In this document: positions 22,133-34,990 of the stretch, piece by piece
How the letters are laid out: the number at the start of each line of letters is the position of its first letter
Position numbering within the stretch: the first letter of the stretch is position 1
Assembly: GCA_002269645.1 (NCBI GenBank)
Contig: NIVC01001014.1
Coordinates: 248,001-312,000, forward strand
Origin: Macrostomum lignano
Taxonomy: Eukaryota
Direction: 5' to 3'
DNA length: 64,000 nucleotides
Notes under the pieces: generated by a model
What the model was told of the DNA's origin: nothing
The model's database searches: none
What the model saw: only the letters and a program-made list of their open reading frames with translations
Program-made: the position numbers and the translations under genes

Positions 22133-25100
22133 ATGGCGTACCTTAGTAGAGATGTCCTTAAATGGCTTCAGAGTCTTGATCTATCGTCTCAACTAAAAAA
22201 CCCAAAGTGGTAAGGATCGTCTCATTCTTATTTGCTGTCTTGTTGATGAAATACCGTAGTAGTAGTAGTGTAGTAGAGATGATTTCTTTGTGAGATGATT
22301 CGATAACACAAGGGCTTCATTGCATTGATTTAAGCCTAATCCACCCAATATTCACTTTTGTACTGAAGTTTCATATACAAATTCTCGTTTAATATTTTAG
22401 GGATTTCGCCAATGGATATTTGGTGGCTGAGATTCTCTTTTGGTATTTTCCAAGAGAAATCTTCATGCATTCATACATCAATGGCAACTCACTAGAATCC
22501 AAAGTGAAGAACTGGACTCTACTAAAGGAGTTTTTTAAAAGGCATCAGTTCTGCCTTCCTGAGAAGCTAATTGAGGGAACATTGCATTGCAAGGAGGATG
22601 CGGCGATTTTGCTAATAAATCTTCTCTTTGAGATTTTGACGCGCAAAAGGTAATACAAATCTTTACTACTTATTTATTTCAGTATCAACTGAAAAATATT
22701 TCCTCATTTCGTAAGAATAGCAAATTTTTAAGTAGCAATTCTATCCCAATAGTCGATCATCATCATTTGAGAGAAACATTTTTTATAATATAAGCTAAAT
22801 TACACAAGAATAAATATAAAGCAAAGAAAAATATAACTATATACAGTCTTAATTCTTGTATTAGTTAGCTCTATAAACCTAGAAAACATAAGATTTTTTG
22901 CCTAAGGACAATGGTCTTATGATTAAAAACTATTCTGAAAAAAATAATGCATTATATAGTAACTACAATCTTTATAATTTAAATATGAATATCATAATAT
23001 AAATATGGATTTAATCTTCATAAATTAACTAAATGTATTTTTTTAATTTTCCATTTCAAAAAAACTTGGCTAAAATTAAAAAATCTGTAAGTATTTAAAT
23101 CACTGACTAAGTGACTATACATGTATATCAGTATAATTTGGTAGCGCAATTTGATGTACGAGTGTATAATTATTTTTAACCATTTCATTTTATGCATGCG
23201 TTTTATCTGATCCCTCTCATCCTGTTCTTAAGTTTCTGTATGCTTGTCAGTTCTATGTCTGACAAGTACTTGAAGTTAAGTTTATTATCTAACTGTGTAA
23301 GATTCTGTTTGTAGGCATTCCAAGATATGAGAATTTTGGTTGGTGCTTATTATGAGTGTGTCTTAATAGAAAGTATGAAACAGAATGTGGATTCATCTAT
23401 AGGATACATATTTAATTATGGATATTTCATATTTGATAACTGATTATAGGAGTGAATTATCTATAAAATTTTATTCAAATGACAAAAAGTATAACTTATG
23501 CACAGCTGCTCTATGCAAATGCATGCATACATGTTGTGAATGCTCACAGTCACATTATTATACTTTTAATATCTAATATAGATAATTAAAATATGTCTAG
23601 CACTTTCGTTAAGATAGATGGCAGTATAATTATTGGCTGCATGGCGTTCCGGGAGAGATTAGAGTGTCAATATAGACTATAGTACTGACACTATGAGGTG
23701 TCAGCAGAGACTATGAGGTGTCAGCAGAGACTATGAGGTGTCAGTAGATACTATGAGGTGTCAGCAGAGACTATAGGAGGTTGTCAGCAGAGACTTTGAG
23801 GTGTCAGTAGAAACTATGAGGTGTCAGTAAAGACTATAGGAGGGTGTCAGCAGAGACTATGAAGTGTCAGCAGAGACTATGAGGTGTCAGTAAAGACTAT
23901 AGGAGGGTGTCAGCAGAGACTATGAGGTGTCAGCAGAGACTATGAGGTGTCAGTAGAGACTATGGGTGGTGTCAGTAGAGCCTATGAGGAGTTAGTAGAG
24001 ACTGAGGTGTCAGTAGATACTATGGGGTGTCAGTAAATACTATGGCGTGTCAGTAGATACTCCGGGGTGTCAGTAGATACTATAGTACTTTAACAGACCG
24101 CCCTCAACCCCACTACCCGCAGCCCCACGGTGTACTGCAGCGGCAACCTGGATGACTCAGACTATCAGCGGTCGCTGGCGCTGCACGCTCGGTCCACCGC
24201 GGCCAAAGCTTTGAAGAATAATTTGAGCGCGTCTGAACTGGCAGCTCAACCCGACTTGAACGCGAATAGGCTCAAGGTTGGGAATAGGGCTGACTGACAA
24301 TTATAATTCTCCATCTGACAGAATCCTCTATCCCATCTGACAGAATCCTCTACCCCATCTGACAGAATCCTCTACCCTATCTGTCAGAATCTTCTACCCG
24401 ATCTGACAGAATCTTCTACCCGATCTGACAGAATTCTCTACCCTATCTGACAGAATCCTCTACCCCATCTGACAGAATCCTCTACCCCATCTGACAGAAT
24501 CCTCTACCATATCTGACAGAATCTTCTACCCGATCTAACAGAATTCTCTAACCCATCTGACAGAATCCTTTACCCTATCTGACAGAATCCTCTACCCCAT
24601 CTGACAGAATTCTCTAACCCATCTGACAGAATCCTCTACCATATCTGACAGAATCCTCTACCCTATCTGACAGAATCCTCTACCCTATCTGACAGAATCC
24701 TCTACCCCATCTGACAGAATCCTCTACCCCATCTGACAGAATCCTCTACCCCATCTGGCAGAATCCTCTACCCCATCTGACAGAATCCTCTACCCTATCT
24801 GACAGAATCTTCTACCTGATCTGACAGAATCTTCTACCCGATCTGACAGAATTCTCTAACCCATCTGACAGAATCCTTTAGCCTATCTGACAGAATCCTC
24901 TACCCCATCTGACAGAATTCTCTAACCCATCTGACAGAATCCTCTACCATATCTGACAGAATCCTCTACCCTATCTGACAGAATCCTCTACCCTATCTGA
25001 CAGAATCCTCTACCTATCTGACAGAATCCTCTACCCCATCTGACAGAATCCTCTACCCCATCTGACAGAATCCTCTACCCCATCTGACAGAATCCTCTAC

Positions 25101-27280
25101 CCCATCTGGCAGAATCCTCTACCCCATCTGACAGAATCCTCTACCCTATCTGACAGAATCTTCTACCCGATCTGACAGAATCTTCTACCCGATCTGACAG
25201 AATTCTCTAACCCATCTGACAGAATCCTCTACCCTATCTGACAGAATCCTCTACCCCATCTGACAGAATCCTCTACCCCATCTGACAGAATCCTCAACCA
25301 TATCTGACAGAATCTTCTACCCGATCTAACAGAATTCTCTAACCCATCTGACAGAATCCTTTACCCTATCTGACAGAATCCTCTACCCCATCTGACAGAA
25401 TTCTCTAACCCATCTGACAGAATCCTCTACCATATCTGACAGAATCCTCTACCCTATCTGACAGAATCCTCTACCCTATCTGACAGAATCCTCTACCCTA
25501 TCTGACAGAATCCTCTACCCCATCTGACAGAATCCTCTACCCCATCTGGCAGAATCCTCTACCCCATCTGACAGAATCCTCTACCCTATCTGACAGAATC
25601 TTCTACCCGATCTGACAGAATTCTCTAACCCATCTGACAGAATCCTCTACCCCATCTGACAGAATCCTCTTCCCCATCTGACAGAATCCTCTACCCCATC
25701 TGACAGAATCTTCTACCCGATCTGACAGAATCCTCAACCATATCTGACCGAATCCTCTACCCCATCTGACAGAATTCTCTAACCCATCTGACAGAATCCT
25801 CTACCATATCTGACAGAATCCTCAACCATATCTGACAGAATTCTCTACCCCATCTGACAGAATCCTCTACCCCATCTGACAGAATCCTCTACCTATCTGA
25901 CAGAATCCTCTACCCCATCTGACAGAATCCTCTACCCCATCTGGCAGAATCTTCTACCCCATTTGACAGAATCCTCTACCATATCTGACAGAATCCTCTA
26001 CCCTATCTGACAGAATCCTCTACCCCATCTGACAGAATCCTCTACCCCATCTGGCAGAATCCTCTACCCCATCTGACAGAATCCTCTACCCTATCTGACA
26101 GAATCTTCTACCCGATCTGACAGAATCTTCTACCCGATCTGACAGAATTCTCTAACCCATCTGACAGAATCCTCTACCCTATCTGACAGAATCCTCTACC
26201 CCATCTGACAGAATCCTCTACCCCATCTGACAGAATCCTCAACCATATCTGACAGAATCTTCTACCCGATCTAACAGAATTCTCTAACCCATCTGACAGA
26301 ATCCTTTACCCTATCTGACAGAATCCTCTACCCCATCTGACAGAATTCTCTAACCCATCTGACAGAATCCTCTACCATATCTGACAGAATCCTCTACCCT
26401 ATCTGACAGAATCCTCTACCCTATCTGACAGAATCCTCTACCCTATCTGACAGAATCCTCTACCCCATCTGACAGAATCCTCTACCCCATCTGGCAGAAT
26501 CCTCTACCCCATCTGACAGAATCCTCTACCCTATCTGACAGAATCTTCTACCCGATCTGACAGAATTCTCTAACCCATCTGACAGAATCCTCTACCCCAT
26601 CTGACAGAATCCTCTTCCCCATCTGACAGAATCCTCTACCCCATCTGACAGAATCTTCTACCCGATCTGACAGAATCCTCAACCATATCTGACCGAATCC
26701 TCTACCCCATCTGACAGAATTCTCTAACCCATCTGACAGAATCCTCTACCATATCTGACAGAATCCTCAACCATATCTGACAGAATTCTCTACCCCATCT
26801 GACAGAATCCTCTACCCCATCTGACAGAATCCTCTACCTATCTGACAGAATCCTCTACCCCATCTGACAGAATCCTCTACCCCATCTGGCAGAATCTTCT
26901 ACCCCATTTGACAGAATCCTCTATCCCATCTGACAGAATCTTCTAGCCTATCTGACAGAATCCTCTACCCCAACTGACGGAATTGTCTACCCTATCTGAC
27001 AGAATCCTCTACCCCATCTGACAGAATCCCCTACTCCACTCCGCAGGCTCAGCTTCTGCTTGATCGCCACGCCGAGACTCGAACCCAGGAGCGTCGCGAC
27101 CAGCCAACAAGATTTCGTCGCCAAATGTCGCCGGGCGAGCGCTGCCTCCGTCGCCATCCGGGACCGGCGGTCAATTCGAAACCAGCGATGCCATCGGACT
27201 CGGTAGGAATCGAGAACGGTCGCTCTACTTCGGACAGGAGACGGGCTAGCCCGCCTCGCGACGAGAACTTAAGTGGTTAG
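22133..27280 (+). CDS. SPATA4: SPATA4-like CH-domain (SPEF1/SPATA4 family) protein, 4 exons, ~237 aa
   Basis: Exons 22133-22209, 22401-22649, 24123-24276 and 27047-27280 splice in frame (714 nt): MAYLSRDVLKWLQSLDLS..W|DFANGYLVAEILFWYFP..NGNSLESKVKNW..IEGTLHCK..|..DYQRSLALHARSTAAKALKNNL..NRLK|AQLLLDRH..RFRRQMSPGERCLRRHP. An alternative in-frame ATG lies at 22130. Confidence 0.85.
23680..24085. repeat. Intronic minisatellite, ~20-23 bp unit (ACTATGAGGTGTCAGCAGAG)
   Basis: Tandem copies ending ~40 bp before the SPATA4 exon 3 acceptor. Confidence 0.92.
24310..27030. repeat. Intronic minisatellite, 22-bp unit (ACCCCATCTGACAGAATCCTCT), ~120 copies
   Basis: Fills SPATA4 intron 24277-27046; rare variants recur 945 bp apart (25671/26616 and 25746/26691). 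Confidence 0.97.
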
Positions 27281-27304
27281 GAACTGAACTGATTGTTTAC
27301 TTGA

Positions 27305-27685
27305 TTTACCTCACTAATTAGTGTCTGATTACCTCAGTAATTAGTGTCTGATTACCTCAGTAATTAGTGTCTGATTACCTCACCAAGTAGTGTCTGATTA
27401 CCTCACTAATTAGTGTCTGATTACCTCACTAATTAGTTTCTGATTACCTCACCAAGTAGTGTCTGATTACCTCACTAATTAGTTTCTGATTACTTCACTA
27501 ATTAGTGTCTGATTACCTTAGTAATTAGTGTCGGATTACCTCACTAATTAGCGTCTGATTACCTCACTAATTAGTTTCTGATTACCTCACTAATTAATGT
27601 CAGATTACCTCACTAATTAGCGTCTGATTGCCTCAGTAATTAGTCTCTGATTGCCTCACTAATTAGTGTCTAATTGCCTCACTAA
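27305..27685. repeat. Minisatellite, 23-bp unit (GATTACCTCACTAATTAGTGTCT)
   Basis: Tandem copies starting ~25 bp after the SPATA4 stop codon. Confidence 0.93.
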
Positions 27686-28249
27686 ATAAATATTTCAGCG
27701 AGTCAGCCGAAACAGTCACGTGACCAAGTTGCCGAGCCCAAAACTGTGCAACGAACTGACGAACCTGTTCTGGAGATTTCCGTTCGACAAAAATCAAAGT
27801 ACACGAACTACTTTGATTAAAAATGATTAACTTTAAAAATAACAGCAGATTTTTAACTCAAATTTTGTAAGAAAGTCAAAATATTCGCAATATTTTCTGT
27901 AATTTTTTGTAGTCTGGTTTTTTTAAATTCAGTCAGTCAGTTGAAACGCGTTTTAAACTTTTTACTCCCAACTAACTCTCAACTACTGTGAGTAGCCCGT
28001 ATTGACTGCATGCGTCGATTTTTGCCTTTTTAACTACCTACTGTAGATAAACGATTTTTTAAAATGTTTTAATGCGAATGTTTACGCTTAATAAAGCCAG
28101 TTTCTTGAAACCAGGCTATAATTATACAAGCAAATTCTAAAACATAACCAATCCTACTGTCAGTAGTCAATTTGCATATTGACATAACTTTCTCTTTAGA
28201 TCATAGGATCGGATCGTCAGCATGCGTCTTTTGACAGTAAACACTATAG

Positions 28250-30565
28250 TATGTGTTTATCGGTGAGGAATGTCATCTATCAATTGTGTTTATTAATGGG
28301 GAATGTAATGTATCAATTGTGTTTATCGTCGAGGAATGTCATCTAACAATTAGGTTTATGGGTGAGGAATGCAATTAATCAATTGTGTCTATCAGTGAGA
28401 ATGCAATTAATCATTTGTGTCTATCAGTGAGAATGCAATTAATCATTTGTGTCTATCAGTGAGAATGCAATTAATCATTTGTGTCTATCAGTGAGGAATG
28501 CAATTAATTATTTGTATCTATCAGTGAGAATGCAATTAATCAATTGTGTCTATCAGTAAGGAATGCAATTAATCAATTGTGTGTATCAGTAAAAAATGCA
28601 ATTAATCAATTGTGTCTATCAGTGAGGAATGCAATTAATCAATTGTGTCTATCAGTAAGGAATGCAATTAATCAATTGTGTCTATCAGTGAGAATGCAAT
28701 TAATCAATTGTGTCTATCAGTGAGAATGCAATTAATCATTTGTGTCTATCAGTAAGGAATGCAATTAATCAATTGTGTCTATCAGTAAGGAATGCAATTA
28801 ATCAATTGTGTCTATCAGTAAGGAATGCAATTAATCAATTGTGTCTATCAGTGAGAATGCAATTAATCAATTGTGTCTATCAGTAAGGAATGCAATTAAT
28901 CAATTGTGTCTATCAGTGAGAATGCAATTAATCAATTGTGTCTATCAGTGAGAATGCAATTAATCATTTGTGTCTATCAGTAAGGAATGCAATTAATCAA
29001 TTGTGTCTATCAGTAAGGAATGCAATTAATCAATTGTGTCTATCAGTAAGGAATGCAATTAATCAATTGTGTCTATCAGTGAGGAATGCAATTAATCAAT
29101 TGTGTCTATCAGTAAGGAATGCAATTAATCAATTGTGTCTATCAGTGAGAATGCAATTAATCAATTGTGTGTATCAGTAAAAAATGCAATTAATCAATTG
29201 TGTCTATCAGTGAGGAATGCAATTAATCAATTGTGTCTATCAGTAAGGAATGCAATTAATCAATTGTGTCTATCAGTGAGAATGCAATTAATCAATTGTG
29301 TCTATCAGTGAGAATGCAATTAATCATTTGTGTCTATCAGTAAGGAATGCAATTAATCAATTGTGTCTATCAGTAAGGAATGCAATTAATCAATTGTGTC
29401 TATCAGTAAGGAATGCAATTAATCAATTGTGTCTATCAGTGAGAATGCAATTAATCAATTGTGTCTATCAGTAAGGAATGCAATTAATCAATTGTGTCTA
29501 TCAGTGAGAATGCAATTAATCAATTGTGTCTATCAGTAAGGAATGCAATTAATCAATTGTGTCTATCAGTAAGGAATGCAATTAATCATTGTGTCTATCA
29601 GTGAGAATGCAATTAATCAATTGTGTCTATCAGTAAGGAATGCAATTAATCAATTGTGTCTATCGGTAAGGAATGCAATTAATCAATTGTGTCTATCAGT
29701 AAGGAATGCAATTAATCATTGTCTATCAGTGAGAATGCAATTAATCAATTGTGTCTATCAGTGAGAATGCAATTAATCATTTGTGTCTATCAGTGAGAAT
29801 GCAATTAATCATTTGTGTCTATCAGTGAGAATGCAATTAATCAATTGTGTCTATCAGTGAGAATGCAATTAATCAATTGTGTCTATCAGTGAGAATGCAA
29901 TTAATCAATTGTGTCTATCAGTGAGAATGCAATTAATCATTTGTGTCTATCAGTAAGGAATGCAATTAATCATTTGTGCCTATCAGTGAGAATGCAATTA
30001 ATCATTTGTGTCTATCAGTAAGGAATGCAATTAATCATTTGTGTCCATCAGTAAGGAATGCAATTAATCATTTGTTTCTATCAGTAAGGAATGCAATCAA
30101 TCATTTGTTTCTATCAGTAAGGAATGCAATTAATCATTTGTGTCTATCAGTGAGAATGCAATTAATCAATTGTGTCTATCAGTGAGGAATGCAATTAATC
30201 ATTTGTGTCTATCAGTAAGGAATGCAATTAATCATTTGTGTCTATCAGTAAGGAATGCAATTAATCATTTGTGTCTATCAGTAAGGAATGCAATTAATCA
30301 TTTGTGTCTATCAGTGAGAATGCAATTCATCATTTGTGTCTATCAGTAAGGAATGCAATTAATCAATTGTGTCTATCAATGAGAATGGAATTCACCAATT
30401 GTGTCTATCAGTGAGAATGCAATTCACCAATTGTGTCTATCAGTGAGAATGCAATTCATCAATTGTGTCTATCAGTGAGAATGCAATTCACCAATTGTGT
30501 CTATCAGTGAGAATGCAATTCACCAATTGTGTCTATCAGTGAGAATGCAATTCATCAATTGTGCT
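28250..30565. repeat. Minisatellite, 32-33 bp unit (AATGCAATTAATCAATTGTGTCTATCAGTAAGG / ...CAGTGAG)
   Basis: About 68 copies, degenerate at both edges; source of the spurious AINQLCLSVRN ORFs. Confidence 0.97.
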
Positions 30566-30773
30566 TATCGGTATTGGAACGAGATTTTTCGAATTGTCTG
30601 CTTGATTTTAAAACTAATAAACCAGTTCTAGCCACTTCAATGAGCCATGAAAACTCAGGACTCGCGGCAATGCAGTGCATGCCGAAATTAATGAATTTTA
30701 TAAATGGAACTTAAATTTGATAAAACATCGCGTTTAAGCCGATCGTTTGTCGCTCCAAATAGCTGTAAGGCTG

Positions 30774-32171
30774 CTACTGGCCTTTCATGCCGCCGCCACC
30801 GCAGCTGTTCGGACTGAACTGCAGAACTCGGATGGACTCAACCAGCTCGCTATTGTCCATCTTCATCAAGTAGGCCACCGCTCCATAGTTCTTATTGTTA
30901 AAGTAACCTGGCGCCGAGAACACCGTGATGCACTGCATATTGTGCTGCACAGAGAGCCCCATCTTCATCACCTGGTGGGCGCGGATCACCGCTTTCAATG
31001 AATTCCTACGAACAAACTGATCGGTGGCGTCTGAATTGAACTTGTAGCCGATGCCGCGGCTGCTCGCTGAGAACACTGGCTTACCTCGGCTAGTCTTCTT
31101 CTGCTGCTGGCCTTGAGCCGACTTCTGCTTCGGTTGGTCCTTGGTTGGTTTTTCAACCATCTCCGGCGTGTCCTCCATCGGGTCGCTCCAGAGCAGGTCG
31201 GTCTCCAAGTCGCGATGCGACAGCGACGAGAACGGCCGACGGATCGCGTTGACAACCCGTTTGAGATTCTCCACGCCAGGCTGCTGGCGTAATAAAACCT
31301 CCGAGATGCCGCCGTGGCAGCAGAAGAACTGCGAATCAATCAGCGCCGCGACGGGCAGGTAGTCGAACACCCGGTTGAAGATTGTGTACACGTTCAAATG
31401 GTTGAACCGATTCAAGCACTCGTTCTTGAAGCCGTAGCGCTTATTCACTTTGGCTACCTCGTGGTTGCCGCGGAGAATGTACACCCTGTCGGGATAGCGG
31501 ATCTTCATCAGCAGCAGCGTGACAATGACCTCCAGGCTGCACTGGCCTCGGTCAACGTAGTCGCCAAGGAACAGCACGCTATCAGTTGGCGGGTAGCCGA
31601 GGGCGTCCAGAATGCGCAGCAGATCCCGGAACTGGCCGTGCAAATCGCCCACAATGAAAGTTGGCCTGCCAATCTCCAATAGAGCCGGCTCCCGGCGGAA
31701 ATGGTCTCTAGACAGCTTGGCAACTGTGTAGCATAACTGTTCGGTGACAAATGAAGCCTTCAGGTTGCCTTGTTGGTCGAATTCGCTGTGCAAAATCTGG
31801 TGCTCAACGTCGGTGAGGTCAATATCAATCATTGACATTGGCTGGCTACAGTCGTCAAATAGAGACACCCGGTCGATCTCTTCCTGAGACGGCATGCTCA
31901 AGATGCTGTTGCGGTAGCTGACTCGCTCTGTCGGCGTCTTCCCGTCGGCTTCAAATACGCGGGGATCGAGTGCGTTGCCGATGTTGCCCGCCTTGCCCAT
32001 TTTTGTCTGCTGGGCTTGCGGCATTGCTATTGGTCTATTAGTGCAGTGTTCGATATAGCCCAAACTATGAAGGCGGCTTTTCTGTGGAGTGTGTACTTTA
32101 GCCAGAAACCGGGACATAGACAGTGTAGCATCAACTGACTGACCATACCGGTGTATATATAGTTCTCGCAT
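30774..32171 (-). CDS. Intronless divergent PP1-like Ser/Thr protein phosphatase (PPP family)
   Basis: Motifs GDLHGQ, LFLGDYVDRG, LRGNHE, CCHGGIS, DLLWSDP, RAHQV and FSAPGY occur in PPP order in one 465-aa ORF. The true start is uncertain (later Met codons: MSRFLAK, MPQAQQ). Confidence 0.92.
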   Translation of the reverse strand: MRELYIHRYGQSVDATLSMSRFLAKVHTPQKSRLHSLGYIEHCTNRPIAMPQAQQTKMGKAGNIGNALDPRVFEADGKTPTERVSYRNSILSMPSQEEIDRVSLFDDCSQPMSMIDIDLTDVEHQILHSEFDQQGNLKASFVTEQLCYTVAKLSRDHFRREPALLEIGRPTFIVGDLHGQFRDLLRILDALGYPPTDSVLFLGDYVDRGQCSLEVIVTLLLMKIRYPDRVYILRGNHEVAKVNKRYGFKNECLNRFNHLNVYTIFNRVFDYLPVAALIDSQFFCCHGGISEVLLRQQPGVENLKRVVNAIRRPFSSLSHRDLETDLLWSDPMEDTPEMVEKPTKDQPKQKSAQGQQQKKTSRGKPVFSASSRGIGYKFNSDATDQFVRRNSLKAVIRAHQVMKMGLSVQHNMQCITVFSAPGYFNNKNYGAVAYLMKMDNSELVESIRVLQFSPNSCGGGGMKGQ

Positions 32172-32277
32172 CTGGCATCATATATAGTTTTGGAGCATTT
32201 GTGTTATTCAAGAAACCTTTAAATCTTCATTCAATTCAATTGAAGATTCAAAATCTTCAAGCCAGTGTCTCGCAAAC

Positions 32278-33100
32278 TTCAGTAAAACATCCTGGAAATT
32301 TCGGATTCTTCAGTAAAACATCCTAAAAATTTCGGATTCTTCAGTAAAACATTCGAGAAATTTCGGATTCTTCAGTAAAACATCCTGGAAATTTCGGATT
32401 CTTCAGTAAAACATCCTAAAAATTTCGGATTCTTCAGTAAAACATCCTGCAAATTTCGGATTCTTCAGTAAAACATCCTGGAAATTTCAGGTCTATCAGT
32501 AAAACATCCTAGAAATTTCGGGTATATCAGTTCATCCTAAAAATTTCGGATTCTTCAGTAAAACGTCCTAGAAATTTCGGATTCTTCAGAAAAACATCCT
32601 GGAAATTTCAGGTCTATCAGTAAAACATCCTGGAAATGTCGGGTCTATCAGTAAAACATCCTAAAAATTTCGGATTCTTCAGTAAAACGTCCTAGAAATT
32701 TCGGATTCTTCAGAAAAACATCCTGGAAATTTCAGGTCTATCAGTAAAACATCCTAGAAATTTCGGGTATATCAATAAAACATCTTAAAAATTTCGGATT
32801 CTTCAGTAAAACGTCCTAGAAATTTCGGATTCTTCAGAAAAACATCCTAGAAATTTCGGGTATATCAGTAAAACATCCTAAAAATTTCGGATTCTTCAGT
32901 AAAACGTCCTAGAAATTTCGGATTCTTCAGAAAAACATCCTGGAAATTTCAGGTCTATCAGTAAAACATCCTAAAAATTTCGGATTCTTCAGTAAAACAT
33001 TTCGGATTTTTCAGTAAAACATCCTGGAAATGTCGGGTCTATCAGTAAAACATCCTAAAAATTTCGGATTCTTCAGTAAAACATCCCGAAAACTTTGGAT
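32278..33100. repeat. Minisatellite, 31-bp unit (CAGTAAAACATCCTAGAAATTTCGGATTCTT)
   Basis: About 26 copies starting ~100 bp upstream of the phosphatase ORF. Confidence 0.95.
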
Positions 33101-33542
33101 CTTGGGAATTATAAAGTATAAAACGTTAAAATTATGGATTCTTAAGATGTACAACACAGGGGGGCTACATATGTAAGAGGTACAGTATACATGTACATGT
33201 ACGTACCGTCCTCGTCTTATTTTTCTTGCAACTTAAAAGAAATATCTTGAAGTGGCGAGCTCTGACTGCACAAAACATCGATTTATATACGTATACTGCA
33301 ATAGCAAACTTGCAACAACAGTAATATCAATAATCATAAGATGAATGATAAAAAAGTATCAAAATTGTTGTGGGGTTCAAGACTGGCATTTGAATGACGT
33401 CGGATATTTTACCCAGATGTTATTTAATAGCACAAGCAGCAGACCTGAGAAAGCAACTCAATACTCGTACGAGCTGTTAATTATTTTACCTTTGATGTTT
33501 AGTTGTCGTTTGACATGGTTGGATGCAAATAATCAAGTTGGA

Positions 33543-34990
33543 TAGATGCCGATACTCAATGTAGTTAGATGCCGATACTCAAGGTAGTTAGATGCCGATA
33601 CTCAATGTAGTTAGATGCCGATACTCAATGTAGTTAGATGCCGATACTCAATGTAGTTAGATGCCGATACTCGAGGTAGTTAGATGCGGATACTCAAGGT
33701 AGTTAGATGCCGATACTCAATGTAGTTAGATGCCGATACTCAAGGTAGTTAGATGCCGATACTCAATGTAGTTAGATGCCGATACTCAAGGTAGTTAGAT
33801 GCCGATACTCAAGGTAGTTAGATGCCGATACTCAATGTAGTTAGATGCCGATACTCAAGGTAGTTAGATGCCGATACTCAATGTAGTTAGATGCCGATAC
33901 TCAAGGTAGTTAGATACGGATACTCAATGTAGTTAGATGCGGATACTCAAGGTAGTTAGATGCCGATACTCAAGGTAGTTAGATGCCGATACTCAATGTA
34001 GTTAGATGCCGATACTCAATGTAGTTAGATGCCGATACTCAATGTAGTTAGATGCCGATACTCAAGGTAGTTAGATGCCGATACTCAATGTAGTTAGATG
34101 CCGATACTCAAGGTAGTTAGATGCCGATACTCAAGGTAGTTAGATGCGGATACTCAAGGTAGTTAGATGCCGATACTCAATGTAGTTAGATGCCGATACT
34201 CAAGGTAGTTAGATGCCGATACTCAAGGTAGTTAGATGCCGATACTCAATGTAGTTAGATGCCGATACTCAATGTAGTTAGATGCCGAAACTCAAGGTAG
34301 TTAGATGCCGATAATCAAGGTAGTTAGATGCCGATACTCAATGTAGTTAGATGCCGATACTCAATGTAGTTAGATGCCGATACTCAAGGTAGTTAGATGC
34401 CGATACTCAAGGTAGTTAGATGCCGATACTCAATGTAGTTAGATGCCGATACTCAAGGTAGTTAGATGCCGATACTCAAGGTAGTTAGATGCCGATACTC
34501 AAGGTAGTTAGATGCCGATACTCAATGTAGTTAGATGCCGATACTCAATGTAGTTAGATGCCGATACTCAATGTAGTTAGATGCCGATACTCAAGGTAGT
34601 TAGATGCCGATACTCAATGTAGTTAGATGCCGATACTCAATGTAGTTAGATGCCGATACTCAAGGTAGTTAGATGCCGATACTCAATGTAGTTAGATGCC
34701 GATACTCAAGGTAGTTAGATGCCGATACTCAAGGTAGTTAGATGCCGATACTCAATGTAGTTAGATGCCGATACTCAATGTAGTTAGATGCGGATACTCA
34801 ATGTAGTTAGATGCCGATACTCAATGTAGTTAGATGCCGATACTCAAGGTAGTTAGATGCCGATACTCAATGTAGTTAGATGCCGATACTCAAGGTAGTT
34901 AGATGCCGATACTCAAGGTAGTTAGATGCCGATACTCAAGGTAGTTAGATGCCGATACTCAAGGTATTTAGAATACTATACTCAATGTAG
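33543..34990. repeat. Minisatellite, 23-bp unit (TAGATGCCGATACTCAA[T/G]GTAGT), highly homogeneous
   Basis: About 62 copies differing mostly at one T/G position. Confidence 0.97.

Noticed and set aside
27717-27726. Palindrome GTCACGTGAC (E-box/CLEAR-like)
   Set aside because: Single motif downstream of SPATA4 with no nearby gene start to support a promoter role.
24310-34990. Regular 22-33 bp repeats as possible CRISPR arrays
   Set aside because: Units are directly adjacent with no unique spacers, there are no cas genes, and the DNA is eukaryotic.
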